DNA from: Leucoraja erinacea | Lineage: Eukaryota | Reading direction: 5' to 3' | Assembly: GCF_028641065.1 (NCBI RefSeq) | Contig: NC_073377.1 | Coordinates: forward strand, 98,766,001 to 98,830,000 | DNA: 64,000 bases | Shown here: positions 49,820-62,666 of the stretch, piece after piece | How the letters are laid out: the number at the start of each line of letters is the position of its first letter | Numbering within the stretch: position 1 is the stretch's first letter | Translations under genes and position numbers: made by a program | Notes under the pieces: model-generated | Database searches by the model: none | Told to the model about the DNA's origin: nothing | What the model saw: only the letters and a program-made list of their open reading frames with translations

Positions 49820-50725
49820 AGGGCCTGCCCCACTAACGCGTCTTTTCAGTGAATGTCTTTGACCTTCAAGCTCGAGGGCACTCGCCTGAAAAACCTCGAG
49901 CTGCATCGACCGTCAGCAATCAAACCGCGAGCTGGATCGACCACACAGACAGACAGACAGACAGCAGGGGCCAGGGAAAGCGGGGGAGCACTGTCTGAAA
50001 TTCACACCCGGGATGATCAAGACGGCTGGCACAGTAACAATAAGTCCTTTAGAGAGCGCAGAGAGGTGGGGAGAAGTAGTGGAGATACTTTTAAGAAGCC
50101 AGCCAACTTTTAATAAAGTTTAGTGGGCATTTAACATTACTGGTTGGTTTACTTACCTTTTTTTTCTCAACGAGCTCTACCTTCGATTTCCTTTCCTTGT
50201 GGAGGGTGTATAGTGTTAAAAGGCCGAAACACCCAGTGATGCAAGGGTACACTACTGATGATGTGTCCTGTGCCCAACTGTCCTGAAGGTTACCCAGGCC
50301 AAGATATACGTATCCCCCCGCCCCCCACCAATGTTGAGCGTCTACCACTTTCAACAATCAACGAATGTCGTGAAATGCTCCCCACCTATTGGCACAAGGG
50401 AGTTCTTAACATCTTGTCCTGTGTATTTGATTTTGATTACCTACGATAGCATTACGACCTACTATGACCTACCTCGACCAAACCTACGAGTAAAAAATAT
50501 CTATTTTTTTCCATGGCGACCTTTTTTTAACTTGTGGGCATTTTTCAGCATGTTGAAAAAAACGCCGCAACCTAGCTGAGGCCTCGAGTACGCGGGGACT
50601 ACTCTCGAGCATGAAGGAGAATTACAACAACCTCCTAGGACCTTGTGTCGACCATGCTGCGAGTATGAGTCGAGGGCAAACTCTTCTAAACTCGCGAATT
50701 GGATTGTTGCGGAGGGACAGGCCCT
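49820..50725. mobile_element. PIF/Harbinger-type MITE carrying a ~240-bp foreign insert (~50190-50430)
   Basis: TIR AGGGCCTG(C/T)CCC...GGGACAGGCCCT; TWA-like flanks. Confidence 0.78.
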
Positions 50726-51467
50726 TTACTGTTGAGTTTTAACAATGCTATTGCATCAAATGTAACTTGTGCACCTTTAAATCCTTACATAATGCATTTT
50801 ACTTTATTGAGAAAGAATCAAGGTTAACTTGCTGCTTTCAGGAGGTAACATTGTCACTGTTGATCTCTGGTGAAATCTAGCAATAGAACACTTTACTGCG
50901 GTTATGTCAAGCACAACCAGATTTTTATTTGTTATGTTGACTATCCGCCTTTAAGCATATATTTCATCCTGTGTGGATATCAGTAAGAACTGACTGGAAG
51001 TATCTCTTTATTAGTTGAGGAGACTTAACAAAAATGCCCAGTTAATTCTTATGAAATTGTGAGATTTTTGATCCATTGTGTCATGTTTTTAAAATTCAGC
51101 TTTTTACTATTACATTGTCACAATGTCATGAAGAAATTATAGGTCACCACTCCTGCTTCCTATTGCTGTTCATGGAATGTAAACCATTCCCCATCATGCT
51201 TTTATGCCAAATTCATGTGCCTGCATTTGAAATTGCAGTAGACTGGTTTCGATTTTAATCAGCTTTAAAAGTAATTCTCCTTATATCATAAAATGTGATG
51301 TAAAATTTATTTTCCTCGATTTCTTCCTTCATATCTTGAAAGTAATAAATTTGGTTGTAAAGTTATCCCACAGGAGATGCAGCTACCTAGGTGGTAGTTC
51401 TTTATCATGTGGGATTCCAGATGATCATGATTAAATTCCGTGTTAATCATGGTACATAACATGAGCT

Positions 51468-52340
51468 CGGTGGGGGCGCTGCAATGGCGGCAGTCCTGTC
51501 AGCAGCGCGTTAGTTTTTTCAACTTTTTTAATTTTTTTAGTATGTTTTAAAGTATGTTTTTAATGTTTCTTTGTGGGTTTTGTGTGGGGGTGGTGTGAGG
51601 GGGGTTAGGGGGAAACCGTTTTGGCCATCTCCTCCATGGAGAGGCGACTTTTTCCAGGTCGCCTCCCCCGTGGCCTAACAGCAAGGATCGGCGCGGTCTT
51701 TCCCGGAGACGCGCCCGGGGCTTCAGCGGCGGGCGCAGCGTGGACTCTCGGTGTGGAGCGGGCGAGCCCTCGCTGGGGCTCGCTGGAGGGGAGCGCTCCG
51801 TTTCGCTGGCCCGGGGCAGCCGGCAGCCTGAAGCCGCGGTCTGCACAGCTCCAGCTGGCGCGGCGTCTACAGCCCGGGATCCCACATGTGGGACCCGGGG
51901 GAAGAAGAAGCCATCACCGCCCCGTGGCCATCTTCTACCGCGGGCGCGGTGGCGACTTACCATCACCCATGGAGAGGAGCTTCGATCGCCAGCCCTGCGG
52001 TCAGCGGCGCTTCTGGCTGCGGCGCCGCGGGAACTTTAAACTTTAAATCTTCGACCGCCGGCCTGCAGCCTACACCAACTTAAAGCCACGGTCTCCGGTG
52101 GGGAAGAGCCGACTCTGGACTTACCTGGACTTGTACCTTGTCCTTTTACCATCTGGACGCCCGCAGCAACGAAAATGGAGGAGGACTGGCCAAATTGTGT
52201 GCCTTCCACCACAGTGATGAATGCTGTGGTGGATGTTTATGTTAAATTTTTATTGTGTTTTTGTGTGTGTTCTTTATAATTGTACCGCTGCTGACATATT
52301 CATTTCACTTGCACTTATGTGCAATGTGACAAATAAACCG
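51468..52340 (+). mobile_element. GC/CpG-rich non-autonomous retroelement with Rex1/L2-like 3' tail
   Basis: No coding homology seen; ends GCAATGTGACAAATAAA followed by (TATTG)n, resembling the LINE tails in this window. Confidence 0.6.
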
Positions 52341-52644
52341 TATTATATTGTATTGTATTAAACTCAAGGGCAGTTTGCAGCAAGTGTAAACTGGATTGCC
52401 ATCAGGAGGACAACAACACCTCTAATTCTCTATTTTTGGTTGACTGCTCTCATGTCCTGACCCTAACCTCAATTAATCTTCATGGTCCACGAATCATGGA
52501 GGAAGACTTCTTGGCTGTTTTCTTTTATTATTGATTTAATTCCTAATGTAATACATTTCTGTATGTCAGAAGTAACTATTCTACTAAGCAGATAACGAAA
52601 CCTACATGTGACATTTGCAGGTGATTTGTTAAACATGACTACTA

Positions 52645-53055
52645 TTAACCATATAACCATATAACAATTACAGCACGGAAACAGGCCATCACGACCCTTC
52701 TAGTCCGTGCCGAGCACGTATTCTCCCCTAGTCCCATATACCTGCGCTCAGACCATAACCCTCCATTCCTTTCCCGTCCATATAACTATCCAATTTATTT
52801 TTAAATGATAAAAACGAACCTGCCTCCACCACCTTCACTGGAAGCTCATTCCACACAGCCACCACTTTCTGAGTAAAGATGTTCCCCCTCATGTTATCCC
52901 TAAACTTCAGTCCCTTAATTCTCAAGTCATGTCCCCTTGTTCGAATCTTCCCTACTCTCAGTGGGAAAAGCTTATCCACGTCAACTCTGTCTATCCCTCT
53001 CATCATTTTAAAGACCTCTATCAAGTCCCCCCTTAACCTTCTGCGCTCCAAAGAA
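52645..53055 (-). mobile_element. CR1 3' end, same subfamily as 22826-23760
   Basis: (CCATATAA)n tail; YSLERRRLRGDLIEVFKMMRG. Confidence 0.9.
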
Positions 53056-53399
53056 TAAATTGTAATATTCTTGTTTAAATAAAACATGTAACTATATCGC
53101 ATACCCTTTATACAAGATATGGGTATTGCTTGGCAGACAAGTGTTTAATTGACCTCTTCTGATTGCAGCCAACTGCTGCTTTGAACCTTGGTTGGCAATA
53201 TTGTCGAGGATGATGAAGGAATGGTAATATCTTCCCAGGTTGGACTCGTCTATTTCTAGAGCTCTGTCCTCACCACTTCTCTTGGATAGAGCTAGGGTGA
53301 AGTTCCCTTGGTCATCAGCTCCCCACCACCCACTTCCTGCACATTCGACAGATCATCTTTTGCGACGAGATTCCACTATCAAACGCGTAGTCCCCTCTT

Positions 53400-54700
53400 A
53401 AGAACAGTACAGCAAAAGAACAGGGCATTCAGCCCACACTGCCATGATGCCAAGTTAAACAAATCTACTCTGCTTGCATTTGATGCATATCCCTCCATTC
53501 CCTGTATATCCATGTGCTTATCTTAAAACCTCTTTTAACACCTTAAACTTACCTTGAGTCCACTGCCACACCTGGCAGCACACTCCAAGCACGCACCACT
53601 CAATATAAACAAAATTGTCCTGCACATCCACTTTAAACTTTTCTCCTCTGGGCTTAAGCTATGCCCTTTCGTTTTTGACATTTCCACCCTGAAAAAAAGG
53701 TTCTGACTGTCCACGCTATCTATGCCTGGCATTATTATATATTCTTCTATCAGCATTTGATGCTCCATCAAAAACAATCCAAGTTTGTACAACTTCTCCT
53801 TAGAGCTGGAGACAAAAGACAGCACATGCTGGAATCTTGAGCAAAATACAGAGTGCTGGAGGAACTCGGTGGTTCAGGCAGCATCTGAGGCCACTATTTT
53901 GTTATGATTAAGGGTTCCAACCTGAAACATCGCCTACACCCATTCCCTCCCCAGATGTTGTCTGACCACTGTGGTTTTTCCAGCACACAGCTCTTCTTTT
54001 AGCTATGACCCTCTAATCCGGGCAGCATTCTGGTGAACCTCTTCGGCACCTGCTCTACTGCTTTAATGTATTTTCTGTAACGGATGGTCAAAACAGCACA
54101 CAATGCTCCAAATGCAGCTTCATAAAAGTCCTATCAACTCAATGCCCTGCCCAATGAAGACAAGCATACCATGCAAGATCCCTGTGTGCTTCAAAACTGT
54201 TAAGGGACTTGCCATTAACTTATACTGTCACCTTATATTCAAACCCCCAATGTGCACCACCTCACACTTGCTTCGATTAAACTCCATCCGCCCTTTCTCT
54301 CCCCCCCCCCCCCTATCTATCTGATCTATATCCCATTCTGTCCTTTGGCAACCCTCCTCACTATCAGCTAATCCACTAATTTTGGTGTCATCTGCAAAGT
54401 TACGAACCAACACATCTACATTTATTTCCAAGTCGCCTATCTATATAAATAACAAAAACAGAGGTATCAGCGGGGGACCCTGCCGATCACTGCTGGTCAC
54501 AGACCCCATTCCAGAATAACATCATTCCACTACTACTACCCTCTGCCTTCTTATAGGTAAACCAGGTATGGTTCCCAACTAACAATATCTCTAGATGCCA
54601 TGCATCTTAATCTTCTGGATTATTTTACCATGGATTTTATCAAATGCCTTACCAAAATCCTTGTAGACAACATCCAGTGCCATTAATAACCTTCATCACC
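53400..54700 (-). mobile_element. Old CR1 with nested PLE terminal fold-back (~53805-54000)
   Basis: NFADDTKISG, MEFNRSKCEVVH on minus strand. Confidence 0.8.
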
Positions 54701-54714
54701 CCCTCAAAAAAGTT

Positions 54715-55500
54715 GCTCCCTGCTCTTTGGCACTTTCCCATGCAACTGCAAGAGATGCAACAATGGTCTTTTCAACTCTTCCAGGGACCCAAGTCTTTCG
54801 GTAAAGCAGTGATTCTCTTGTACGTCTTCCAATCTATTGTACTGCATTCGATGTTCACTGTGTGGTCTCCTATTTAAATGGAAAAACCGTGCAGATTAGC
54901 TGATCACTGCAGAAAGCCTGCACCCAGTCCTCAGGAGTGTCCCCTCTCCGTTTGAATTCACCATCCCATCCCCACTCTGACTTTGCTGTCTGTGGTCCCC
55001 TGCATTGTTACAATGAAGACCAATGTAAGCACAAGAAACAACAGCTCATTTTCCATCTGGGCACATAGGGTCTTTTGTGTATTTAATTCTCTAACTTCAG
55101 ATAACTTGCTCTTTCCGTTTTATCAGGACTGGCTATTTGTGTTTGCCATTCTTCCTCCAGCACCTATTTTTTTTTATTCCTTTTTTTTTCAATTGTATAT
55201 TCTTGCCTGCACAACACATCCCAGTTGTCCTAACCATGCCCTGGCTTCAGAACATTAACTGTCCATTCAATGACCGCATCATTTCAATCTATTACAGACA
55301 ATTCCCTAGTTCCATCCATTGCCCTCCTCTGCCTGCTCTGCCACTAGACTAATTTGCTTTCCCTCTTTCTTAATTCTGATATAGGTCTTTGACCTGAAAT
55401 GTTGACAATTTCTCTTTTCACTGATGATTTCCTCTCCCCCCAGCATTTTCTGTGTTTATTTCAGATTTTCAGCTTCTGCAATATTTGTTTTGATTTTCTG
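54715..55500 (+). mobile_element. Old PLE 3' fragment (GIY-YIG remnant plus decayed hammerhead)
   Basis: TTTCCCATGCAACTGCAAGAGATGCAAC (FPCNCKRCN) motif; CTGATATAGGTCTTTGACCTGAAATGTT at ~55375. Confidence 0.7.
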
Positions 55501-56053
55501 GACCCAGGCCAGGATGATTTATGACTGAAGGAACTTGCAGTGCTGATATTTACATGGTGGTGGTGCCTGTCTTTCTAGCTGACAAGTTGATGTTTTTAGG
55601 ATGCAGTTGAAGTAACCTTGTTGGGCAACCGCAGTGCATGTTGTTATTGCTGGGCATTGCAGTCACACTGTCTCAGTAGAGGAGGTGAATGTTAAGTGTT
55701 ACGGTTGCTGTGACAGTCAAGCAGAAACATTATCCTTGATAATGTTGAGTAGCTTGATTGCTGTTAGAAAAAACACTCACTCTGGCAAGTGAAGAGATTT
55801 CAATCACATTCCATGGATTTTATCGAATGCTTAGATCCATTGCAGTTCAAACTCCTAGATTGTGTAACATCTCAATGATTTAATGTTTCTAGTTCCTTTA
55901 CTAGACAACTGAACTCCCTGAATGAAATTATCATATTACATATAGTTTTGTACTATGGGCTTTGCCGATTTGGACCTTCTAAAATAATTTTATTCTGGAG
56001 TATTTGCAACCAATGGAAAGAGATAGAAATTCTTACTCAGGATAGAAATTCTT

Positions 56054-58840
56054 AAACCCCTGTCTCACAGTGTGAGTTGACCCACGAATGATCCCGAGTT
56101 TGAAACAAATTAAACTTGTGGTAATCACGTACAATTAATGTAGCAAGAACGTCAGAACTCATGGACGCAACTTAGCGACTCGTGGCGCTAACGGCAGGTA
56201 CGCAGGAAACTTGTTAACTCTTGAAAAACTTTAAACATGTTTAAAGATTTCCACGAGTCAAATTTAATCTTGAAGTTAAAATTTGAAACATTTAAACTCG
56301 TTGTAACAATGTAGTGGCCCGTGAGTTTACCGTAGTGAGTCTTGAGTCTACCGTGGGTTTACACTGAGTGCCAGAAGTGAAATGTTAAAGATTAGTCATC
56401 TCCGGAGAACTTGGATAGGTGACGTTTCGGGTCGGGACCCTTCTTCAAACTTTAGACCCTTCTTTCACCCGAAACGTCACCTGTCCATGTTCCCCACAGA
56501 TACTGCCTGACACGTTGAGTTACTCCAGCACTTTGTATTTTTTCGTAAACCAGCTTCTGTAGTTCCTTGTGTTCCAAAATGTAATGCTTTATAAATGTCC
56601 AGAGATGCTGCCTGTCCCGCGGAGTTACTCCAGCACTTTGCCTCTGTCTCCCTGGAGACCTCGTTTCCCACACAATGTGACATCTACCGTGCATACATTG
56701 CCAGCTGTTGTTTTGGCAGCAGCAACATAATCTCCTGGTTAGTACACTCAGTGTTGCTGAGGCCTAGTTTATGTAGAGACAAGAAACTGCAGATGCTGGA
56801 ATCATGATCATAAAACACACACAAAGTGTTGGAGGAACTCACACAGCGCTGGAGTAACTCAGCGGAACAGGCAGCATCAGCGGAGGGAATGGACAGATGT
56901 TTATTCGGCTCGAAAAGAAGGAACTCAATCCGAAACGTTACCTATCCATTCCCTCCACAGATGCTGCCTGACTCGCTGGCTTACTTCGAACACTTCATGA
57001 GTCATAGGAGCAGAATTTTATCCATTCGGCCCATCGAGTTGCTCCAACACTTTGTGTTTCGCTCAACATGCCAGCACCTGTGGTCCCCCATGTCTCCATT
57101 TGACAGCTGGAAGAACTCAACGGGTCATGGAGTCTGAAGAAGGACCCTGTCCCGAAACCTCGCCTGTCTGTTTCCTTCCACCGATTTCATGTAGTCACTT
57201 TTCGATAAAACCCCACCGCCCCAGTTATTCCAAGTCCATTTAATTCCCCGTGTCTCCATTTCATTCATTAAGTTGCCGGTACTGTCACATCGTTCGTTTT
57301 CGGTCAATACAACAGAACAGTCTGAAGAAGGGCGACGATAGACAGAAAAAGCTGTAGTAACTCAGCGGGACAGGCAGCATCTCTGCAGAGAAGGAATGGG
57401 TGATGTTTCGGGTCGAGACTCTTCGACAGACTGGTAAAGGAAATGAAAGATATAGATGATGTATTGTAGAGAGATAAAGAAAAATGAATGCAAAAAAGTT
57501 ACGATGATAAAGGAAACAGACCTTTGTTCGCTGTTCGTTGGGTGAAAACGAGCAGCTGGTGCAACTTGGGATAGACAGAGAGGGAATGCCGGGGTTACTT
57601 GAAATGAGAGAAATCAATATTGATACCTGGGCTGTTAAGCTGCCCAAGCAAAATATGAAATGCTGTTCCTCCAATTTGCATTTAGCCTCACTCTGACTGG
57701 AGGAGACATCAGACAGAAAGGTCAGTGTGGGAATGGGAAGTGTTTGGCAACCGGGAGATCAGGTAGGTCCAGGTAGCAACCGGGAGAGTCACTATCCGAA
57801 ACGTCACCCATTCCTTCTCTCCAGAGATGCTATCCGATCTCTGAGTTACTCCAGCTTTTGGTGTCTATTGAGGTAAACCAGCATCTGCAGTTCCTTCCTA
57901 CACAACAGAACAGTATGAGGAGCGGTTAATGTTAGAGGCTGCTCACTAACCTCACTATGTTTACATCGTCCTCTCTAGCAATGAATAAATATAATTTGGT
58001 TACCGTATTATTGACTGCAACCGCCCATTTAAAATGACTGCTCTTTAATTCTCAACCACTGGATATTTGCCTGGAAACATATTGCATGTTTTCGTTCAGT
58101 GAGATAATTCAATTTTAATAGACTGAGGTGATAAGTCCGGTGCCACTTCACAACAAACTAAACGACCTATAATAGAGCATTTAGGATCGATAATAAAATT
58201 CTCAAGACTATTTAACATATATAATTCCAGCACCACTTCACACTGAGCTGTCCGTGATGCCTCTGCCATGATCCGTTGTTCGGATAAAACACTGTTTGAA
58301 ATAATTTGAAGTTTTGAAATTAATCCTCACAGCCTAATGTACATTTTGGGCTAAGATTTGATCCGTGCACAAAGCGCAATGTAAACGGAATGGAATCTCT
58401 ATTAACATTCTGAGACTCTCTACATAATGGAAGTGATCACATTCGGCCCTTCGAGCCAGCATTGCCATTAAATATGATCATAGCTGATCATCCAAAATCA
58501 GTACCCAGTTTCTGCTTTCTCCCCATATCCCTTGATTCCGTAACCCTAAGAAATTTAAACATTGGAGGCTTTTTATAGTGAAAAAAAACCTGCATGGCAT
58601 CATTTTTACCATGTGATGATTTTTCCACACGTCGGTAGTCGTTGTTGGCTCAAGAGTAACTCGGGAGAGGAACTTGGAACATCGCAGAAATTAGAAGTAA
58701 ATGGCAAACTTAGCCATACCCGTGGGAACTTGGTTAAACTCTTGAACATAAACTTGGAATCTCGTACACAACCACTAGTCTGATTTTTTTCTTTCACTCG
58801 GGGTCACTCGTGGGTCAACTCGCACCGTGAGACGGGCTTT
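56054..58840. mobile_element. Harbinger-like MITE ends enclosing a cluster of nested PLE termini and a CR1 tail
   Basis: AAACCCCTGTCTCACAGTGTGAGTTGACCCACGA at left matches the reverse complement of TCGTGGGTCAACTCGCACCGTGAGACGGGCTTT at right. Confidence 0.65.
57322..57901. mobile_element. PLE insertion with inverted structure and 13-bp TSD
   Basis: ACAACAGAACAGT at 57309-57321 and 57902-57914; minus-strand EEQHFIFCLGSL plus a + strand 3' terminus. Confidence 0.82.
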
Positions 58841-59293
58841 ACTCAATGGAATGTGCTAAAGGCATGATAGCGGAGAGGGTGTATATTCCACTTCTGAAAC
58901 TGAAATAAGTGGAAACAAAACTCGGAAGTAGAGAACAATGCACAGCCACTACTTGCACACTAAGTGCAAACATAGGGGGATGTGTTTTTACTGATCATCT
59001 TTATCTGAATGGTGCCAGACAATACGTAAATTGTATAACATGTAATGAGCTATAAAGAGTAATTTAAAATAATAACTAAATGTTTTTAATTTGCTGTGAT
59101 AATTGGGATGATACTGAAATAACTTTGTAGTTTCAAAAATGAATATTGTTTCTATTCAGGACTATATTTTCATTACCATATTTGACATCCATGGCGACCA
59201 AAAATTCTAGTGCACAATTGCATGCTTGCCAAAATTGTTAAAAACTCCTGGAATACCATTTGGAGATCTAAAATTTATTTTTTTCTTTGATAG

Positions 59294-59454
59294 CTCATGA
59301 GAAAAAATATATTAGTCGAGGAGATGCAACTATAGGTCCTGTGACACAGTCAAAACTGTCACGAGTAAGCAGCGGATTTGGCCTGTCAAAGTTGACGGGA
59401 TCCAGACGGAACAAGAAGGAAAGTGGAATCAGTAAAAATAACCTCACATCTCAG
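59294..59454 (+). CDS. WDFY3: WDFY3 exon R (161 nt)
   Basis: tgatag|CT...TCTCAG|gttgga; AHEKKYISRGDATIGPVTQSKLSRVSSGFGLSKLTGSRRNKKESGISKNNLTSQ. Confidence 0.94.
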
Positions 59455-59584
59455 GTTGGAAATTCTCTTTAATTTGATCATTTGTCTTTTGTCTCTAATT
59501 AAAATAGGGTAATTTGTTGATTTTTTTAAAATGTATTATCATAACCTGAGAAGTGTTGTGGGACAATGCCAGTTGGTGGGAAAC

Positions 59585-60170
59585 CAGGGGGGAATTGCGG
59601 GAACCCTGGTTGAAATTTACGAGTCGTCATTAAATACAGGAGAGGTGCCGGAAGGAAGAGTGGAGGCTGGCAAATGTTGTGCCTTTATTCAAGAAGGTTT
59701 GCAGGGAAAATGCTGGGAATTATAGGCCAGTGAGCTTAACATCTGTAGTTGGAAAATTGCTAGAGGGTATTCAGAGGGATAGGATATACAGGCATTTAGA
59801 CAGACAAGGGCTGATTTGGGATCGTCGGCATGATTTAGTACGTGGGAGATCTCTGGTGTCTACGTTATGTTGGCATGACCGTGCTTATTCTGGTGATAAT
59901 ATAAACAGCACTGTGGTGCAGCTGGTAGATATAGAGCTGCTGCTTCACAGTGTCAGACTTGTGACCTCGGGTTTCCTCCGGGTGCTTCAATTTCCTCCCA
60001 AATCCTAAAGATGTGCAGGTTTATGGGTTAATTGCCATCTGTAAACTCCCCCCTCGTGTGTAAGGAGCAGTTGTGAAAGTGAGATCACATTAGAACTGGT
60101 GCGAACAGGTGATGGATGGTCAATATGGACTTGGTGGGCCTGTTTCCGTGTTGAATCTTTCAATTTAATT
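59585..60170 (+). mobile_element. CR1 RT fragment followed by V-SINE fragment
   Basis: GNYRPVSLTSVVGKLLE; then GGGTTTCCTCCGGGTGCT...CCTCCCA V-core. Confidence 0.78.
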
Positions 60171-60584
60171 AAAAAACAGGTTTATCCTGATACAGGTGGT
60201 TTTATCCTGAGTTATATGGATACCAAATTTACATTCTCAGTGAACCACAAACCTTGCTAATCTATCTATTTTCTCATTCTTTTTTTAATAAATATATTAA
60301 ATCACTGGAGCCCTCCAGCATATTACTCATTCGCCTTCATAAATTGCATACACTAAACAATATAGCATTATCATGCTGATAATGGATGAGTTTAGTCATT
60401 CAATGTCAGATAATTTGACTTTTCTGCAAGGCATCTTCCTCGTGAAATAAATTCACAGGCCAGAGACTCGGGGCTACAATGTTTTACCCAATTGTAAAGA
60501 ATAGTTTTTCAGAACTGCTTATGTGCTCTTATCAAAATGTGTTTTTTTTTTCCTCATAAACATGAATATTTCTCTTTCATTTAG

Positions 60585-60662
60585 GAAATATCTCAGTGGA
60601 TGTTTACTCATATTGCTGTTGTGCGAGATTTGGTTGATATGCAATATAAAGAATATCAGGAG
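60585..60662 (+). CDS. WDFY3: WDFY3 exon S (78 nt)
   Basis: atttag|GAA...CAGGAG|gtaaat; EISQWMFTHIAVVRDLVDMQYKEYQE. Confidence 0.94.
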
Positions 60663-61589
60663 GTAAATACAAAATTATTTCCTTTACTACTTTTTTCTCT
60701 GTGCTTCTATTCTCTGATTCTCTCCTGTACATTAATATTCACAGTCTTAGATGTTTGGCATATATAATCCAAGTTAGAATTCAAAGGTTGGTGCACTATG
60801 GTATCTCGATCATTGTATGGTATAATGCAGAATAGATAAACATCAAAATCTATTTTGCTACAGCATTATACAATATCTTCAAGCATTAGACAATACATTC
60901 CACATTCACTCTATCCAGGCCTTTCATTGTTTGGTAAGTTTCAATTCCCTCATCCTTCTAAACCCCAATGAGTACAAGCCCTGTGCTGTCAAATGATCAT
61001 CATATGTTAACCTAATCACTCCTGGGATCATTCTTGTAAACCACCTCTGGACCCCCTCCAATGCCAGCACATCCTTCCTCAGATATGGGCCCCAAAACCA
61101 AAGGCTTTCTGAAAATCCAGGTAGACCACACCCACTGACTCTCCTTTGTCGATCCTGCTATTTGCTTCCTCAAAGAATTCTAACAGGTTTGTCAGGCAAG
61201 ATCTCCCTTTCACAAAACCATGCTGACTTCGACCTAATTTTCATGTGCTTCTAAATTCTCAGAAACGTCATCCTTTTTCCTGAACTTTAAAATCTTACCA
61301 ACCACTGAAGTCAGGCTAACTGGGCTATAGGTTCCACAATTCTGCTTCCCTCCCTTCTTGATAATTGATCCCTCATAATATGGCTCTACATGATAGCTAA
61401 GGCCTAAAGTTTAAATCAAGTTTAATTATTTTAATGGTTTAATAGATTTTTAATGTGTCTAGATGTCAAGAATAACTTTTGATCATCTTGATTCAGTCAA
61501 CTCTGAAAGATCATTCAACTTTGTTAAGCACATTTACAAATGTTCAAAGAGTTAAGCCAAATCTAGATTAACTAATAATTAATCGTTGT

Positions 61590-62330
61590 GGGCCACTACA
61601 AATGCCTACCACTAACAGATCAACAGAGTATGCAATCTTGCTGGCTTTTCACTCTACACTGGACCACTTTTACAGTAACAGCACACCAGTCTGTTGGTCA
61701 TTGACTGCAGTTCAGTATTCAACACTATTAACCCCTCAAGCCTTATCATCATACTCTGAAAACTGGGTCTTTGCTCATCCCGAAGTAATTAAATCTTCGA
61801 CTTCCTCATCAGCAGACCACAAGCAGTACAATTTGGCAAGTTTCTTCTCGATAATCGTCAATGCAGGAGCATCTCGGGTCTGTGTGATCTACTCATTCTC
61901 TACCCAGACACATTTCCAATGTCATCTATAAATTTGCCAATGCTACCATCACTGTTGGACGAGAAACAGGTCGCAATGAGTCAGGGAGGGAGATTGATGA
62001 TCTCATTGAAGGGTTCCAGAACAATAATCGTACTCTCAACATCAACAAAACCAAGGAGCTACTTGTTGACTTCAGGAGGGGAAAACCAGGGATCCACTAA
62101 CCTGTCTGGAGCTGTGGAGACGGTCAATGATTCCTTGACGTGCATACCTCTGAAGATTTGTCCCAACACACAGACCACAGAGAAAGTTCATTAACTCCTC
62201 TACTTCCTTAAAATATTGAGAGGTTTTGGTGTGTCATTGAATACTCCCTATCAATCTTCTGCAGGTGTACAGTAGAAAGCATGCCAACTGGTTACATCAC
62301 AGCCTGGTTTGTTAATTTTAATGCACAGGG
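61590..62330 (+). mobile_element. Old Rex1/Babar-type LINE fragment
   Basis: NRSTEYAILLAFHSTLDH and LNINKTKELLVDFRR remnants. Confidence 0.75.
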
Positions 62331-62666
62331 CAGAGACATAAACAATTAACAACTGTATTCATCATATATGACAGAAAAGGAATTTCCTGCAACTGGTTTT
62401 ATTTGTGAATACAAAATATAGCTGATATATATCTGTGGTACAGACAGCTACATTGGTTTCGGACTTGCTCTGGTTATATTAGTTAACATTTATTGTTGAT
62501 ACAAAGTTATTTAAGCATGACAATCACCTTTGGATCAGATGAAAGTGTTCAGATTTGTTTAAATTATGCTGTTAAATCTAGATTATCACAGACAGGCAAT
62601 AGATGCATGTTTTATATTTATTTGGTATTGGGCTAACATTTTATATTTTAGCATACTGATATCCAT

